A stretch of DNA of 64,000 bases, taken from contig JALMLS010000093.1 of the NCBI GenBank assembly GCA_038496445.1, forward strand, positions 682,001 through 746,000, given 5' to 3'. The notes beneath the pieces were generated by a model that made no database searches, was not told where the DNA came from, and saw nothing but the letters and a program-made list of their open reading frames with translations. Position 1 is the first letter of the stretch. Each line of letters opens with the position of its first letter. Position numbers and translations under genes: made by a program. Shown one piece after another: positions 26,188 through 39,151 of the stretch. The DNA is from Trichosphaerium sp. ATCC 40318 (lineage: Eukaryota; Protista; Tubulinea).

Positions 26188-29100
26188 TTACGATTCAGTC
26201 TCTTCGCTACTACTTTGTGTTGTCTCTTCGGATTCCTTTTCACTACTACTGCTACTACTACTAATTTCATCATCATCAGGAGCTACAAAAGTAGCAGGAG
26301 AAGCTGCAAAACTCGGAGCTTCAGCAAAGCTAGGAGTAGGAGCAAAACTCACATCTGTAAAACTTGGAGATTCACTGTAGCTATCAGCTGCAAAAGAATC
26401 AGGAGAAACCCTCCTTGGTTTCTTCTTTTTTTTCTTCTTGTTCTTTGTTATAAAGTTTGTATCTAACTCATCTGTAGTTGCTGAAACAACACCCTTAGAA
26501 GACCCTGAAGGGCTCTCTATTATAGGTAAAGCAGATGAGCTATTATTGTTGTTTATACCAACTTGTTCGCTCTCGCTAACACAAGTTTCTTCCATGCTGC
26601 TGACATTGTAGTTTCTTCCTGATAGGATACGTCCTTGTGATGCATGTAGTTTTGATAATTTTGTTATATAAGTTGATTTCTTCTCAGGTGCAACCTTTGA
26701 TATTGTAGCTATTATCTTACCCATTGTAGGTCTATAATAATGTTAGAAGAAAAAAGTGAGAAAAAAAAGTAAAAGTAAAAAAAAAGTTACGGGAGAATAG
26801 AAAAACTTGTTCCTTCTCTCCTTCTCTCTGCAGTATTTTTTTTTCCTTTAAATTCTGCTAACTGTACTGGTTTGTTTTATTATATTTTTCGAAAATTTTA
26901 GGTTCACCAACATGCACGTGTTTGAACAAAAGGCTGAATGGTTTTTTTTTTCTATTTTATAATTTGTGTACCTCTGAGATGGACGCTTCCAGCATATCTC
27001 CATAATATGTTTTAAAGTCTTGTCAGTGTCTTTTGGTATTTTTGGTTTCAATCCCTTATTTCTAATATCAATCAATTAACGGAGGTGTACATAGAGTGCA
27101 CCAAATAACGTACAGAATCTTGTAACCAAGAACTACAGAATTTTCATTACTATGAGGCTCCTCGCCAGCTACTAGTTCCCAAACGAGAATACCAAAACTC
27201 CATGTATCGCTTGCTTCAGTATATTCGCCATCAAGAGCCTCAGGTGCCATCCATTTAACAGGACCTGTCTGTACAGTACCATCGAATAATTCAAGCACGC
27301 TCTGAAGAAAAAGAGAGTTAGATACACGTGTCATATTGTCAAGAGCTACTTACATAGTCTGTGATCTTAGGAATACCCTCAGAATTCAACTAGATGAAGC
27401 GTGTTAAAGGGACAAGCAAGCAAAAAAAAAAGAGCAAAATAAGACAAGGTGGGGTTGTACCATAATGTTACGACATGAGACGTTCTTGTGTAGAATACCG
27501 TGATCATGAAGATGCTTTAGGCCTGTTGCGATACCTCGTGCCATGACAAGAGCATCCTCGTCTGTAAGACGAGTTTGTGGATTATAAGCAATAGCAGCCA
27601 AACACCCGCCATTCAAGTACTCCATGACAATGCTAACCCTGCTTCTCGCACGTTCGACACAAAAAGCGTACATCTACAATTTGTCATTAGGAAAACGATC
27701 AAAAGGAACAAAGTATTATTACAACGCCGAAAAATGGATGAGTTGTTGAAGAAACATCGAAAACGCACCTGCATGACGTTGTCGTGTTGAGGAATACTAG
27801 CTAGGTTCTTTACTACATCTAACACGTATTCTGGGTCGCCAAGGTTCGTGCATTGCTTGATAGCGACGGTATTGCCTCTCCATATGCCTACGAGAAGGTA
27901 AACAAAACGCACGGTAAAAGATAAAAAAAAAAGAAAAAAGATTTTTAGCGAAGAATGGTTTCGATCCATTGACCTTTGGGTTATGGGCCCAACACGCTCC
28001 CTGCTGCGCCACTTCGCTTTTTTCGATGGAAGTCAAAGACGATAATGGGTAGTCTTTCAAAATTAATAAAAGGACCGCTGTTGACTTTGTACTGGCTTAC
28101 AAAAACCCTTTTGTACCTTTGTAAACAACACCAAGAGTTCCTTGGCCAAGCTTTGATCCAACTAATCTGAAATCTCTGGCGCCTATTAGCCAGTCTTTAT
28201 CTGCTTTGTAGTTAGCACAACGAATAGAAGGTTTATTGGGACCTGGCAACGAGAATCTGCGTTGTGGTGAGCCACCTTCTTTCATGTTGAATGTTAGTGG
28301 TTCTCTGAAGTACATTGGCCGATTGTTTGAACCCTAGAATAATATTTGTTAGCTCTAAAACAAATCGAAAAATAAACAGCGTACAGATTTACCACTCTGG
28401 CTTGTACGTATTTTAATCAAATATAGAACAACCACTGTAGTAAGAAGCAAGCAAATACTTATAACAGCTGCAGCACTAATGATCAAAGCTGTTGTAACTG
28501 TACTCTCTGCATTGAGGTCAGAAATATAACCGTATTATATCTTTTTTTAAGCGTACTTCCATCGCCTTCTGTTACTGAACAAGCTGATGCCTCATCTTGC
28601 AATACAGCAACAATATTTGACATGTTGGTGTACCCAACATTGGGTACAATCAAGCGTGCAGTTATTGTAAACGACCTACAAGTAATTAAACATCGCTTGG
28701 GTTTTTTATGCCAGTAGTAAGACTTACTTGCATCCGCCATCATCATCCTCAGACCTCTTGTTTACAACAAAAGGTGGGCCATCAATAAAGAATTCAAAGG
28801 CGGTATTTGCTCCTTTTGCTGTGTACTCATTTGCATGAATATATTCTTCGTTAGCCTAGAATAACTATTGAGTAAACTGTAACAAGGAAAGCAAAAAAAT
28901 TTTCTTTGGTACCCTGACTGTATCTAACTCTACTGTCAAGTTTCCGAAATATGCTAGATCTGCATTGCTGACAGTGAAGAGATTACACAATATGACAACT
29001 TGTGATTGCAAGAGGTAAACAGTCTTTGCTGTAGTCAAGTCCTCCCGTGGAAAGCTGTCACATTTTGCAATGAATCCCTCAAGAGGTGGTAAAGCAGGCT

Positions 29101-32100
29101 ACAAAGAAAGTAAATAACAAAAAAAAGAGTTTACAGTAGAACAAGATACCTCTGTAGGTGGAGCAATTGTTGTAGTTGGTTCAGGTGTAGGTGCTGCAGT
29201 AGGAGGTAGCGGAGCTGGTGTAGGCACAACCACTAACTGGGTGAGATAAAAATTAATACTGACTGCGTACGTGCTGATCCCAAAACTCTGAAGCAAAGAT
29301 CGCTCATCTTGCCCTGATAATCAGTGAAGCACGTGTCCAATGTACTCCTAAGTATAACAATAAATCCTTTGAATCAATATTAAAGACTTATAGCGTACCA
29401 GGAGCTTGAGCATTGGTCACCAGGGAAAGAATTACCATCAAAAACGTCATTGGGATCCTACGTTAAATGAGATTGATGCAATAAAGGAAATTACATACCT
29501 TCCACACTGCCGGTTGTCCAAGTATACCTATGCGAAAATAAGCATCCCGTTTGGCACGCGACCAAACACTAAGAACGTACTTGATGAGTTGGTTGCTTTT
29601 CTACGCCAGTACCATCTGCCTTGGTTGTAGTCTAAGTTAGGTTGTATTTGTACCCTACGGTTATTATTGAGTACGTTCGCAGGCTAGGTTTGAAAATGAT
29701 GACTTACCAATAGTGCCCAGCAGGTAATTTACAAGGAATTGGGAGCTGAACTTGGAAATTTGGGTCTGTTTTGGACACCTGCACAAAATCGTTTCTGCAG
29801 ACGATTGAATCTAGAGAATCAAGGTGTTAATACAATGTATTTAAGTTGCTCGTTATAATACCTGGCTCAGCAATATCATCAATATCGACAATACTATCGA
29901 AGATGAAAATATTTACACCCTAAAATTGATGAGTTTCCGATACTTCCAGCAATTTATGACATACAGTTAGTGACGAGCAATTGTCTCCTTCGAGAAAGCA
30001 TTCAGACGAATTTGCGAAGAATGCACCTGCGTGAACGTGCGAAATAATCCATTCTAAGGGAGGTTGTCAGTTCATTTGTGTTTATTATTTTGCTAATCAG
30101 AAAAAAAGAAATATATCATTCAGTACCTTGGCCGTATGGTACAACAAAGTCATCAGCAAGAAAGAAGTCTATAATAGAATGATTAGTAAGGATATTATTT
30201 GGTAACCCAATAAAAGGTGGTCTTACCTTCAACAAAGGTATATTGGCTTGTAATTCGCTGAGAAAGAATACCCTTCTCTGTACATCCTTCAAATAAATCA
30301 GGTGTTGTTTCTGCAAGCACCTCAGGTTCTCTTGGTGATACTATGGTTTTGCCACCTACAAAAGTCAATGATACATATCTTTACAACCACAGGAAGTTGT
30401 GCAAAAAACCAAGCATTGTAGGCGTACTTCTTTTAACAAATGCAAGTGATTCCAATCTTGAATCTACAGGCAAGCTTCCAGTGGAGAAAAGAGGAGTTCC
30501 ATCCTTTGAGAATACTCTAATCGATGATTGTTAGCAGTTCAGATATGGTTGAGGTGCAAGTTAAGATACTGACCTTATAAACAAACGGAACTTGTTAAAG
30601 AAATTGTGACCGACGTAAATGTTATCATCAGGACCAATAACAATTGTCCAAGCCAAGTCAACTAAATAAAACGTAAGAAGAAAACAAGCACGCAAAAATA
30701 AAGCGAAGGCATTCTGAAACGCACCATCACAACTCATTGGTGCACAGGTATCATTGACTAAGATATCAATATCACCGGTTACTACATGATAACGATACAA
30801 GCGCCTATCAATATCTACATAGTAGAGGTATGGTAGACTCAAAGCAATAGCATAAACATCTAGATAAAAAGTGGTAAGGATTCATAAAAAACAGGATTGA
30901 AATCGTACCTAAATCTACAGAGAGTACTGAGTTTGGTGGTGTTGTAGTATTTGTTCCATTTTTTATCATTTCGTATGGTAAATCGTAAAATTCAAACTTT
31001 GTGACATCTTGTTTTGAAGTGTTAATAGCAACTTAATGTGATAAAGCCATAGGTAACGTACTATCATGGTAACACATTGCAACAAGACTATCTTCGTCTA
31101 CATCCATGGTCCACATTGAATGATTTGTAAACGAGGTGCATGGTAGGATATAAGTGTGGTTGTGTAAACTTATAAGATCTAAACAACGGTGTCAAAGAAA
31201 TGTTCAGTAGAAACAAACATTATTGAACTGACGTACCGTTGCTCCCAGCAGAATCCATAACAGGAAGCCTATTGACATGCATTAGTACATGACGTAGTGT
31301 TGATGCTAGTACGTACTTTAGTATTCTTCGATTTTTAGTATCACAAGCCAACAGTGAATTGTTCCATAAACGAACAGTTCGTATCAATGTTCTAAACTAT
31401 GAGATGTGATTAATATTGACAATTACTCTGTTTATACTACTATTATTAACATACATCTGTATCTACAAATCTCATTGTTGGTGTATCTAGACTTTTCCAT
31501 GGAGCCTAAAGTATATATTTTTAGTTTTTTCGAAAATGTCTTTTTTTGGAATAGTTTTTTTTGTATTTGGCATACCCTGGAGTTAAAAGTTAGTAAGATA
31601 CGATTAAAAACGCACAAATATGTAACGTACTCAAATATAAATACAGGTGGCAACGCGTCTGTTGTCGGAGAAACTGATCCGATAACTGTACCGAAAATGT
31701 TAACAAAAAACTGTTTGCTTTTTTACTCAATTTGTAGTTGACGTACTAGAGCCATCTATTGTCCCAGAAATGATAGATGTATAAGGTACATTTGTAGTAT
31801 TAATTGGTGAGAAATTACCTACAATCAACAACAGTGTTACCCCAAAGTTGATTTATTTTTGTACTGAAAAAAAAAGGATGTGTACCGCTTAAATCGAGAT
31901 AGTAAATCTCCTGTTCCTTTGATTCAGCAACAAGTAAATCGTAGTCGGTAGATAAACCTAGAAATTACGTTAAACAAATAAGGAGTGGCTTAAAATTCTT
32001 ACTAGAAGGGAGAGGTTTGTCTTCAGTTATTTCTAGTTGGTACGAGCCAGTCTACAAATCAAGTAAGACCTCTTTTTTTAAACTCAGGAACCGCAAGTAA

Positions 32101-33004
32101 TAGCTTGCGCGTGCACAAAAAAAAAGAGTACTGCAGAAAGAATTGCATTATTTCAGATATTAAAGGGCGTACAACATCAGCATACCCGCCAACAACTATA
32201 TAGTATGTGACGTTATTCGTAGTATTAATCTTGAGGCCTGACATTGGCGGACAAGTAGCTAAATCATCGCTTTCTCCTAAACAAGTGCCCAAAGTGTTAT
32301 TACCCGCGTCACAAGGTCCAGTAGAGACGTAAAGAGTGGTGTCAAATTCTGTTCCAGCATTACATAAGGAAAGAATAAAGGGATTCCCTGTGCCAACGAA
32401 TTTGTAGTAATGCCCAACCCTTGTAGCGTGTTATTTCGTGACGATTGTTTACGAGTGTCTCGAAATGAAAGGTGGAAAAACGTACCTGGGGCTGCCGCAA
32501 ACAAGTGTTGCTGGTGGTTCGCAAGTAGTTGGCGGTTCAGTGGTCGGTATTGAGTCGCTTGACACGGGCGCAACAGTAGTGCCATTTGTAGTTGGAGCAA
32601 ATGATGTTGGGGCTATTGTTGTTGGTGCCGTGGTTGTAGGAGCGTCAGTTGCATTGGTGGTTGGGGCAATGGTGGTATTAGCAAAAGGCGAGTTCGAGGT
32701 CGTAGGCGGTATTGTAGTGTTATCAGTGGTCTCGTTTGACTGTGTAGGAGTAATAGGGCATGAGTAATTATACGGATCGCTTGTATTTCTTTTTACATTC
32801 AATTAGCATTATGTGTTTGATGTAGTAGTACCCATTGATTATTATCGTTGTTGTAAAATCCCCTGTTATGGTTTGGGCATTTTCACAGTTATAAATTGCT
32901 ATTTATCCGTTATACTAAATAACGACGCGACTAAAGTTCGTACCAGTAATGGGTAATAATAAACACAGGAATATTATATTGTATACGCTAAATGCTCGCA
33001 ACAT
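26188..33004 (-). CDS. Single-pass receptor with tyrosine-kinase-like domain, probable pseudokinase
   Basis: Signal peptide [20 protein letters not shown], Thr/Pro-rich stalks, beta-rich ectodomain, [72 protein letters not shown]; Ser/acidic tail. Confidence 0.8.
27923..27939 (-). terminator. Pol III oligo-T terminator of tRNA-iMet
   Basis: T6 and T10 runs begin 6 nt downstream of the tRNA 3' end. Confidence 0.7.
27946..28018 (-). tRNA. Initiator tRNA-Met (CAT), intronic
   Basis: AGCGAAG...CTTCGCT-A with A1-U72 pair, anticodon stem TTGGG/CCCAA, loop CCCATAA, T-loop ATCGAAA (A54/A60), all eukaryotic initiator hallmarks. Confidence 0.96.
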
Positions 33005-33288
33005 CACGCACACGCGTAAATACTTGAGTATATGTTGCCAATCAAATCATTACAAAACTAGTTTGTGGTTTAAAGTAAGTTTTGAAGTTTAAAGACTACC
33101 CATTACTTAAGATCGGTAGAAACACACCCCCAAAGTGCATAAAGTGAACATTTCACGTGAAGAATATCGCCTTATTTTACAAAACAAGGTGTTAGTTGAA
33201 TGGCAAGTACAAGAATTCGATTTTTTAGAGTACAATTTAGTGTCATGCCACTAAACAATTTACAAGTGCACGATATTTTTTTTTCTTT

Positions 33289-34249
33289 TTACGCAGGTTC
33301 ATCCCATTTTACGCCACGCTGATAGTCTTGGTATTTATCTTCTGTAGTTGGGTTATAATTTGGCTCTAACTCTGAAAAGTGCTTTAACGTCCACCACTTC
33401 CTATCAGGAGGGTTGTTCAACATGTGCTTGTATTGACCGATATTTAACCAGTGATCAGCATCTGCTTTGAACTCTTTGTAGTTAACACGAAGCTGTATAA
33501 GCCAAGAGTCAGGATGAGGATCAAAGTAAGGATCCGTTGGATCTTCTATGGACTTGTAAGAACTTGTTGTTGGTGTAATTGCATGAACGCACCAACGCTT
33601 TCGCCTAGTAGCGAGGGTTTATCTATCAGTTTCTTGTTTGCAATGTATACTTTACCATTTACCTTCAAGTGTCAGGATTTCGCCAATAAGTGCTTAAAAA
33701 CGTACTGGACATGTCAGTTCTGCGTTGTCAAACGTCGCGAATAGCGGTTTATTGTTTGTTTTACGATATTCCTTGGTATCTACACTTTGGTTAAGAAATT
33801 TGACATTTGTGGGTAAGTTTAGGTTGCGTGAAAGGTTCATGTAGAGGCAAAGTAACGCGTTTGCATACATTTAAAGAAAGAACGTACCCACTTTATTTTG
33901 TGTCATCAAAAATGCGAATGCTGATGATTTACGAATAAACGTATCGGGTTCCGCTATTGTTTGCACTTGAATAATGTTTCCAAAGCGTTCCTACTGATAT
34001 TAACGACAATATCGCTTGTACGTGTTGTATTACCTTTAAATGAGGTGTTATGCCAATTGTACAAATATCATCTTTGCCTTGATGAATCCACATGTGCCAT
34101 TTATTAAACCTGTATTCTCCACGTCGACTTTCAGTCTTGCATCGAATGGTAGCTCGTGTAAGGCCATTGCGCACATTTTTGTAATTATTGATTTGGGTGC
34201 TATTAACGCGTACACCAGTACACCTTAGAGCTGTACGAGCCTGTAGCAT
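33289..34249 (-). CDS. Divergent glycine-cleavage-H-like (lipoyl-domain fold) protein, probably mitochondrial
   Basis: Arg-rich presequence; YRFNKWHMWI..CTIGITPH..FGNI, LTCPVNGKV..N..L..KPSLL, SWLIQL follow the GCSH pattern. Confidence 0.65.
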
Positions 34250-34331
34250 GGCAACTAACTATGAATAATGGCCATAGACCAAATAAGACTTTACGCAAAT
34301 TGTTGTAACGCTGCTATGATAAAAACGTAAC

Positions 34332-35697
34332 ATGAACTTTGCAAAGTTTGCCAGCGTTCAAGATAAGCTTATTCTGACTCATGGGTCTTTTGAAGATACT
34401 AAACGCGCTTACGAGAACATAATACGCACTCACTGGTTTAATAGAAAGGTAATATAGCGGTTTGATATTGTCTAACAAATGTAGGTTGACATTTTTACAC
34501 CAAAGTCAATAAAAACACCTAAAAAGCCTGAATTCTTTTACTCCTCAGCGTCTAGTATTGTGCATCTTATTAATGACGATTTTATTGATCGCCATGTTCG
34601 TAAAGGTACCAAATCCGTGCAACATGCATAAGCTTGCGTTACAGACTTGTCTAGTAATCACTTACACTCATGAATGCCTCTAACAAGTGTTAGGAAGCCT
34701 TTTTTTACTCTCCATGAGCGGTGTAGACAATACTAACAAGGTTTGCATATGTGACGGCAAGGTGAGTTGTTAATGCAAAAATAGTACTGACAATATATCA
34801 ACAGCTTCATTTACGCTTAGACAAGAAAACCTATGAGCTCTTAGGTCTAGTGGGAAAACAAACAACATATCCAAAAAAAGTAAAAAAAACACGGTTCAAT
34901 ATTACGATAGATTTGCGTGCACCACAGTTTGTAGAAGGTGCTAATATGTTTGATCGCGTTAAATGGTGTCTATCAAGTACACGTGGTATAACATCAACAA
35001 ATACGATAATCACATGGGCTGATGAAGATGGTATTGTGAAAGACATAAATTTTCCGCCAGAATTTTCTTCGAAAAAATTAAGGTGTAACGTGCGTAGTCT
35101 TTTCTTTACTCCAATGTAACTTGCTATAGGGTGATGGACAAACTCTTCAATTAAGAGTACCAGAGATATCAGTTGAACAGTTTCTAGATGGGTCTCAAGG
35201 CTTTGATGAAGAATCAGTATTAGAATTGCAAGAATATATTGGTGCAGTCCTCTGTGGTTTTGAAGGGTAATACTTTCTTCCTCTCTGCTATCTTTCTAAC
35301 TTCCTTCTTATAGAATTTTACAAGCCAAGAATACAAGCGAACCCTTATCTACATACGAGAATGATTTGATACAATCTAGTAGAGAAGAAGATGCAACTTT
35401 GTACAGATATGAAGGATTAATAAATCCAGAATGGATTTTAACTTACTTGGAGAACTTAAGGTACACACCTTCAGTTATTGTTTAGCCGCTAATAGATGAT
35501 TTAGGGTTAGCGTTAATAGTGGTGCTGTTCCATGGGCGGCATTGTCAGTCACTGGGTTTGAGGATAGTCTTATAAGCTGGCAAAAGAATGAACACTCTTT
35601 CCTTATGAGCGGTGATAATGATTACATTATTGTAGTTTTACCAAATGATAAGTACTTGGTGATGGCGTCTGTAGGACAGTATGATACATACAGTTAA
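34332..35697 (+). CDS. RPP40: RNase P/MRP subunit p40
   Basis: LRLDKKTYELLGLVGK, EYIGAVLCG, VPWAALSVTGFEDSLISWQKNEHSF..GDNDY C-terminal signature. Confidence 0.88.
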
Positions 35698-36474
35698 AGT
35701 ACAATTTCGTTTAACGTAATTTTTTCTTTTAACGTTCGAAATACACATTCAAAAAAGCGCTTCTACTGTTCTTGAATGGTCAACCAATGCCCCTAATAAA
35801 GTCTACTTGTATATACAGTACTGGTGTTGTGGTGTGGGCACACTTACAAAGGCGGAGATGAAATACGAAAGTGGTATTCGCTGAAGGAGGTTTACAGTTT
35901 TTTTTTAGCCAATATGACGGTCTTTGACCTTGCTTTGTGGTTAGACCAGCGTAATGGCGAACAAAGGTGTTTCAGTCGCTTCAACACCACAAGTTATAAA
36001 CAGGAGCATAAACCTTGATAATGTTAATGTAAGTTACTGTAGATTCGTTCGTTTTATTGCGCGTACTGACTACAAATAGGCAAAGGACTGGGATGAGGTA
36101 GAAACAGAATACTTGTTATACCTTGTTGAACAAAACGGTAAAAATTGGGATAGAGTCGCTGAAGAGTTCCGTATGAAGAAGACTCCAACGGTGCGAACAT
36201 AATTAACGCGTTCTTTTTAAAATTAAGAAATATATTATGTTTATTTTGCTTCGTTATCAAAATTATCAAATACTTCGTTCACTTTTTTCACTGTATGAAA
36301 AACACAAAACGGAATTAAATAACATCACACTTTGACCAGCAAAACGTTTTTGTTGTGAAACAAAAAAACCCAAAACTGTTTGTACAACTTCACTTGTTAA
36401 TAGAAAAACTGACTTTGTACTAGGAGTGTCAGGCGTATTATGTGTTTTTATGTAAACTACAAGGTTGGTTTGAA

Positions 36475-37370
36475 ATGATGGAACAACCAAAACCTCGTGC
36501 TACTGTGAAGAAAACAAAAAGAAAAGCGCCAACAACAAAAACAGCGTAAGATTTTTTTTTCAAAGATAAAGGCCACTCAACCGATATTTTTTTCTCGTTC
36601 GATTTCCTCTTTTTTTGATGTTTTTAGTACACCTGGGCAGAAATCAAAGCGCCAAAGGCGTAGAGCAACAGAGATACGCAGAAAATTTCTATGTAGTATT
36701 GAAGGATGTCCACGTGCCTATGGCACTGAAGGAGCACTGAAATTCCATTATAAATCAAAGCACCCTACAGAGAAGTATGTTGCACCAGCTCCACAGAAAC
36801 AACCAGATATACCAACACCAGTACAACTACGTAACTTTGCTGAAGGTAATAACAAAAATTATTTTCTCTTTCTTTTTTGTACTATTTTTTTTTGTTCAGT
36901 TAACAAACTTAAAGTTGGAGTAGGACCTTCGCCACTCGCTGGTATACCTGCATACCAAACACAGGTACATCGCAATGTCTGATTTTTTTGGTCACTATGG
37001 TTGATATTTTCTGGTTTCCCTTTTGATAGTATGTATCTAATGTTGTTGTTTAGGGAGTCAATGTTATCACTGCATCTGTTAGTGCGTATTCTCCTCAAAG
37101 TATGTATTCTGTCATATTTGTTTTTTGTTAAGCACTAAAATGTAAGCTCACATAACAATAGTCTCCACATTGGCTACAGTAGCGCAAACTGCAAACGCAC
37201 GTGAAATACATACCTTGTTTTACATTTTAAAACGTTTTTTTTTTTCTAATTCGTTTCAAGTTTTTTCTGACAATTACTTTCAGTTCTCTCAGGAAGGCCA
37301 GCGTGTCCGTCCATCATCTGCACCTCCTCTATTCCCTCCTCCACGTCACGTGACAATTGCTCCTGGTTGA
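36475..37370 (+). CDS. Single C2H2 zinc-finger protein
   Basis: RQRRRATEIRRKFLCSIEGCPRAYGTEGALKFHYKSKH; Pro-rich tail over small exons. Confidence 0.8.
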
Positions 37371-37933
37371 TTTTTCTCACTTGGCGCCTATGGAGCCTTT
37401 TTCTTGTACATTTGTTTTTTATTTGTCGGCTTATTAGAATAAATTCCCTCAATCGTTTGTGTATGTCTTGAAAGTAGCTTTCAAAATAGAAATCCTCCCA
37501 TGTACTTCATAAATCCGAAACAAGTCAAAAGTGTTCTATTGTAGAAACAATATGCTCATGGTACTGTTATGTACCACGCGTCGAAGATTCGCGCTCGAAG
37601 TATGCATATAGGTAGAAGGTATTATTTTCTGTCTTTTGCCCGTAATTTCCGTCCCTTTTTATGTTTTTCGCTTTCAAACCAAAAAACGTGTTAGTAAGCG
37701 TTTTTAGTGTTATTTTTGATATTGTTACTTGCTATGCTTAATTTCCTTTTCCTACATAGTATTTATACTTCCATCTATACCATTCGGTTGTAAAAGGTTA
37801 GATAGATGAGAATTAAAAAGTTGGGAGTCACGTGACTAAATTTCCAAACGAGGGGTGTCCAATTGTTCAAAATTCGTTCACATCCTTTTTTGCCTTTTTT
37901 TTTATTCAATCACTGGCATAAGTCTATTTTAGA

Positions 37934-38680
37934 CCTCGAAATCCTACTGATACGAATATAACGGTTCTTCCTAATGAGTTATTGGTGCATATAAGCAGCT
38001 TGGTTGATGATCGGTTCGCTATAGCTCAGTGTTGTTGGTTATTTGCTGATATCATTCACTGTCACGTTGGATACAAGAAAATATACATAACCTCTTACTC
38101 CGAAGTTAGCACAGTAGCTAAGTACCCCGCCTTACTAAAAAATACATCGTTTGTTTGTAGCAATGTAACTAACAAACAAGTAATCGCTCTCGCTGGTGCC
38201 AAGAATGTAAATCTCGATCAATGTTACGAAGTAACAGACGAAGGTATATCTGCACTTGCTGGAGTACATACTATAAATCTATCGATGTGTAAGCAGTTGA
38301 CTGATAAAGGTATCTCTGCTCTTGCAGGCGTTTATTCCATAGATCTAAAATGGTGTACGCACGTGACAGATATTGGTATTCAAGCTCTTGCTGGAGTTCA
38401 TAAAATTAACATCGCATATTGTAAGAAAGTTACAGATGATGGGATTGCTGCCTTGGCAGGTGTACATGAGATAAATTTATTCGGGTGTTACCTTGTTTCA
38501 GATAAAGGTGTTAAGGCTTTGGGTGGTGTACATACGATAAATATAGGAGGGTGCGATAAAGTTACTGATGAAGGCATAGCAGCTCTTATTGGTGTTCATA
38601 CACTTCATATATTTGGATGTAACAAGGTTACAAATGGTGCAATTGAGGCTCTAAACGTTTATCATTGTTCTTACCGTTAA
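37934..38680 (+). CDS. F-box-like + tandem LRR protein (single long exon; start not identified)
   Basis: VLPNELLVHIS; about 7 repeats of ALAGVHTINLxxCxxVTDEGI; no in-frame ATG before the F-box, but an acceptor TTTTAG ends at 37932. Confidence 0.75.
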   Translation, partial: PRNPTDTNITVLPNELLVHISSLVDDRFAIAQCCWLFADIIHCHVGYKKIYITSYSEVSTVAKYPALLKNTSFVCSNVTNKQVIALAGAKNVNLDQCYEVTDEGISALAGVHTINLSMCKQLTDKGISALAGVYSIDLKWCTHVTDIGIQALAGVHKINIAYCKKVTDDGIAALAGVHEINLFGCYLVSDKGVKALGGVHTINIGGCDKVTDEGIAALIGVHTLHIFGCNKVTNGAIEALNVYHCSYR

Positions 38681-39151
38681 TACAAAGGCTGATAAGCAAC
38701 ATTCGATTATAGCGTGTTTTATACAATAAAGTGTTAGAATCATTAGGCTATTCTATTTGACTTATATCCTCGTGCCATTGTACAGTTAGTGTATTCCTTT
38801 TGTGAATGGCAACTAGGATACACCAGTGCGCACTCACTAGTTAGCTTTCTAAACGACCATTCTTGAGGCTTTTAGAAAATCAAACAAAGTTGTGTACTGA
38901 TTTAATAAAACACCACAACTTTCGTGTTGCTCAGTTTTGTGCTATCAATGCGTTGTAGTATTTCTTCGTTTCCACAACACTGTATTGTTGAATACTTGTG
39001 TTCATTAGCAACTGCACATAATATATATAGTAACATCAAAGCATCATCTAATCTATAGTCTTCTGATATAAACTCCATACATATAACATCCCAGTTTATT
39101 CCATCAACCGCCATTGAAGCAACCCAAAAAAAAATCAGAAAAAAGACAAAG

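Noticed and set aside
27797-28060. ORF-track peptide [17 protein letters not shown]
   Set aside because: Spurious translation of the tRNA-iMet gene
35760-36020. Possible decayed MORN-type gene fragment; similarly an unassigned open stretch at 43060-43420
   Set aside because: Similarity limited to a few residues across frames; cannot be supported
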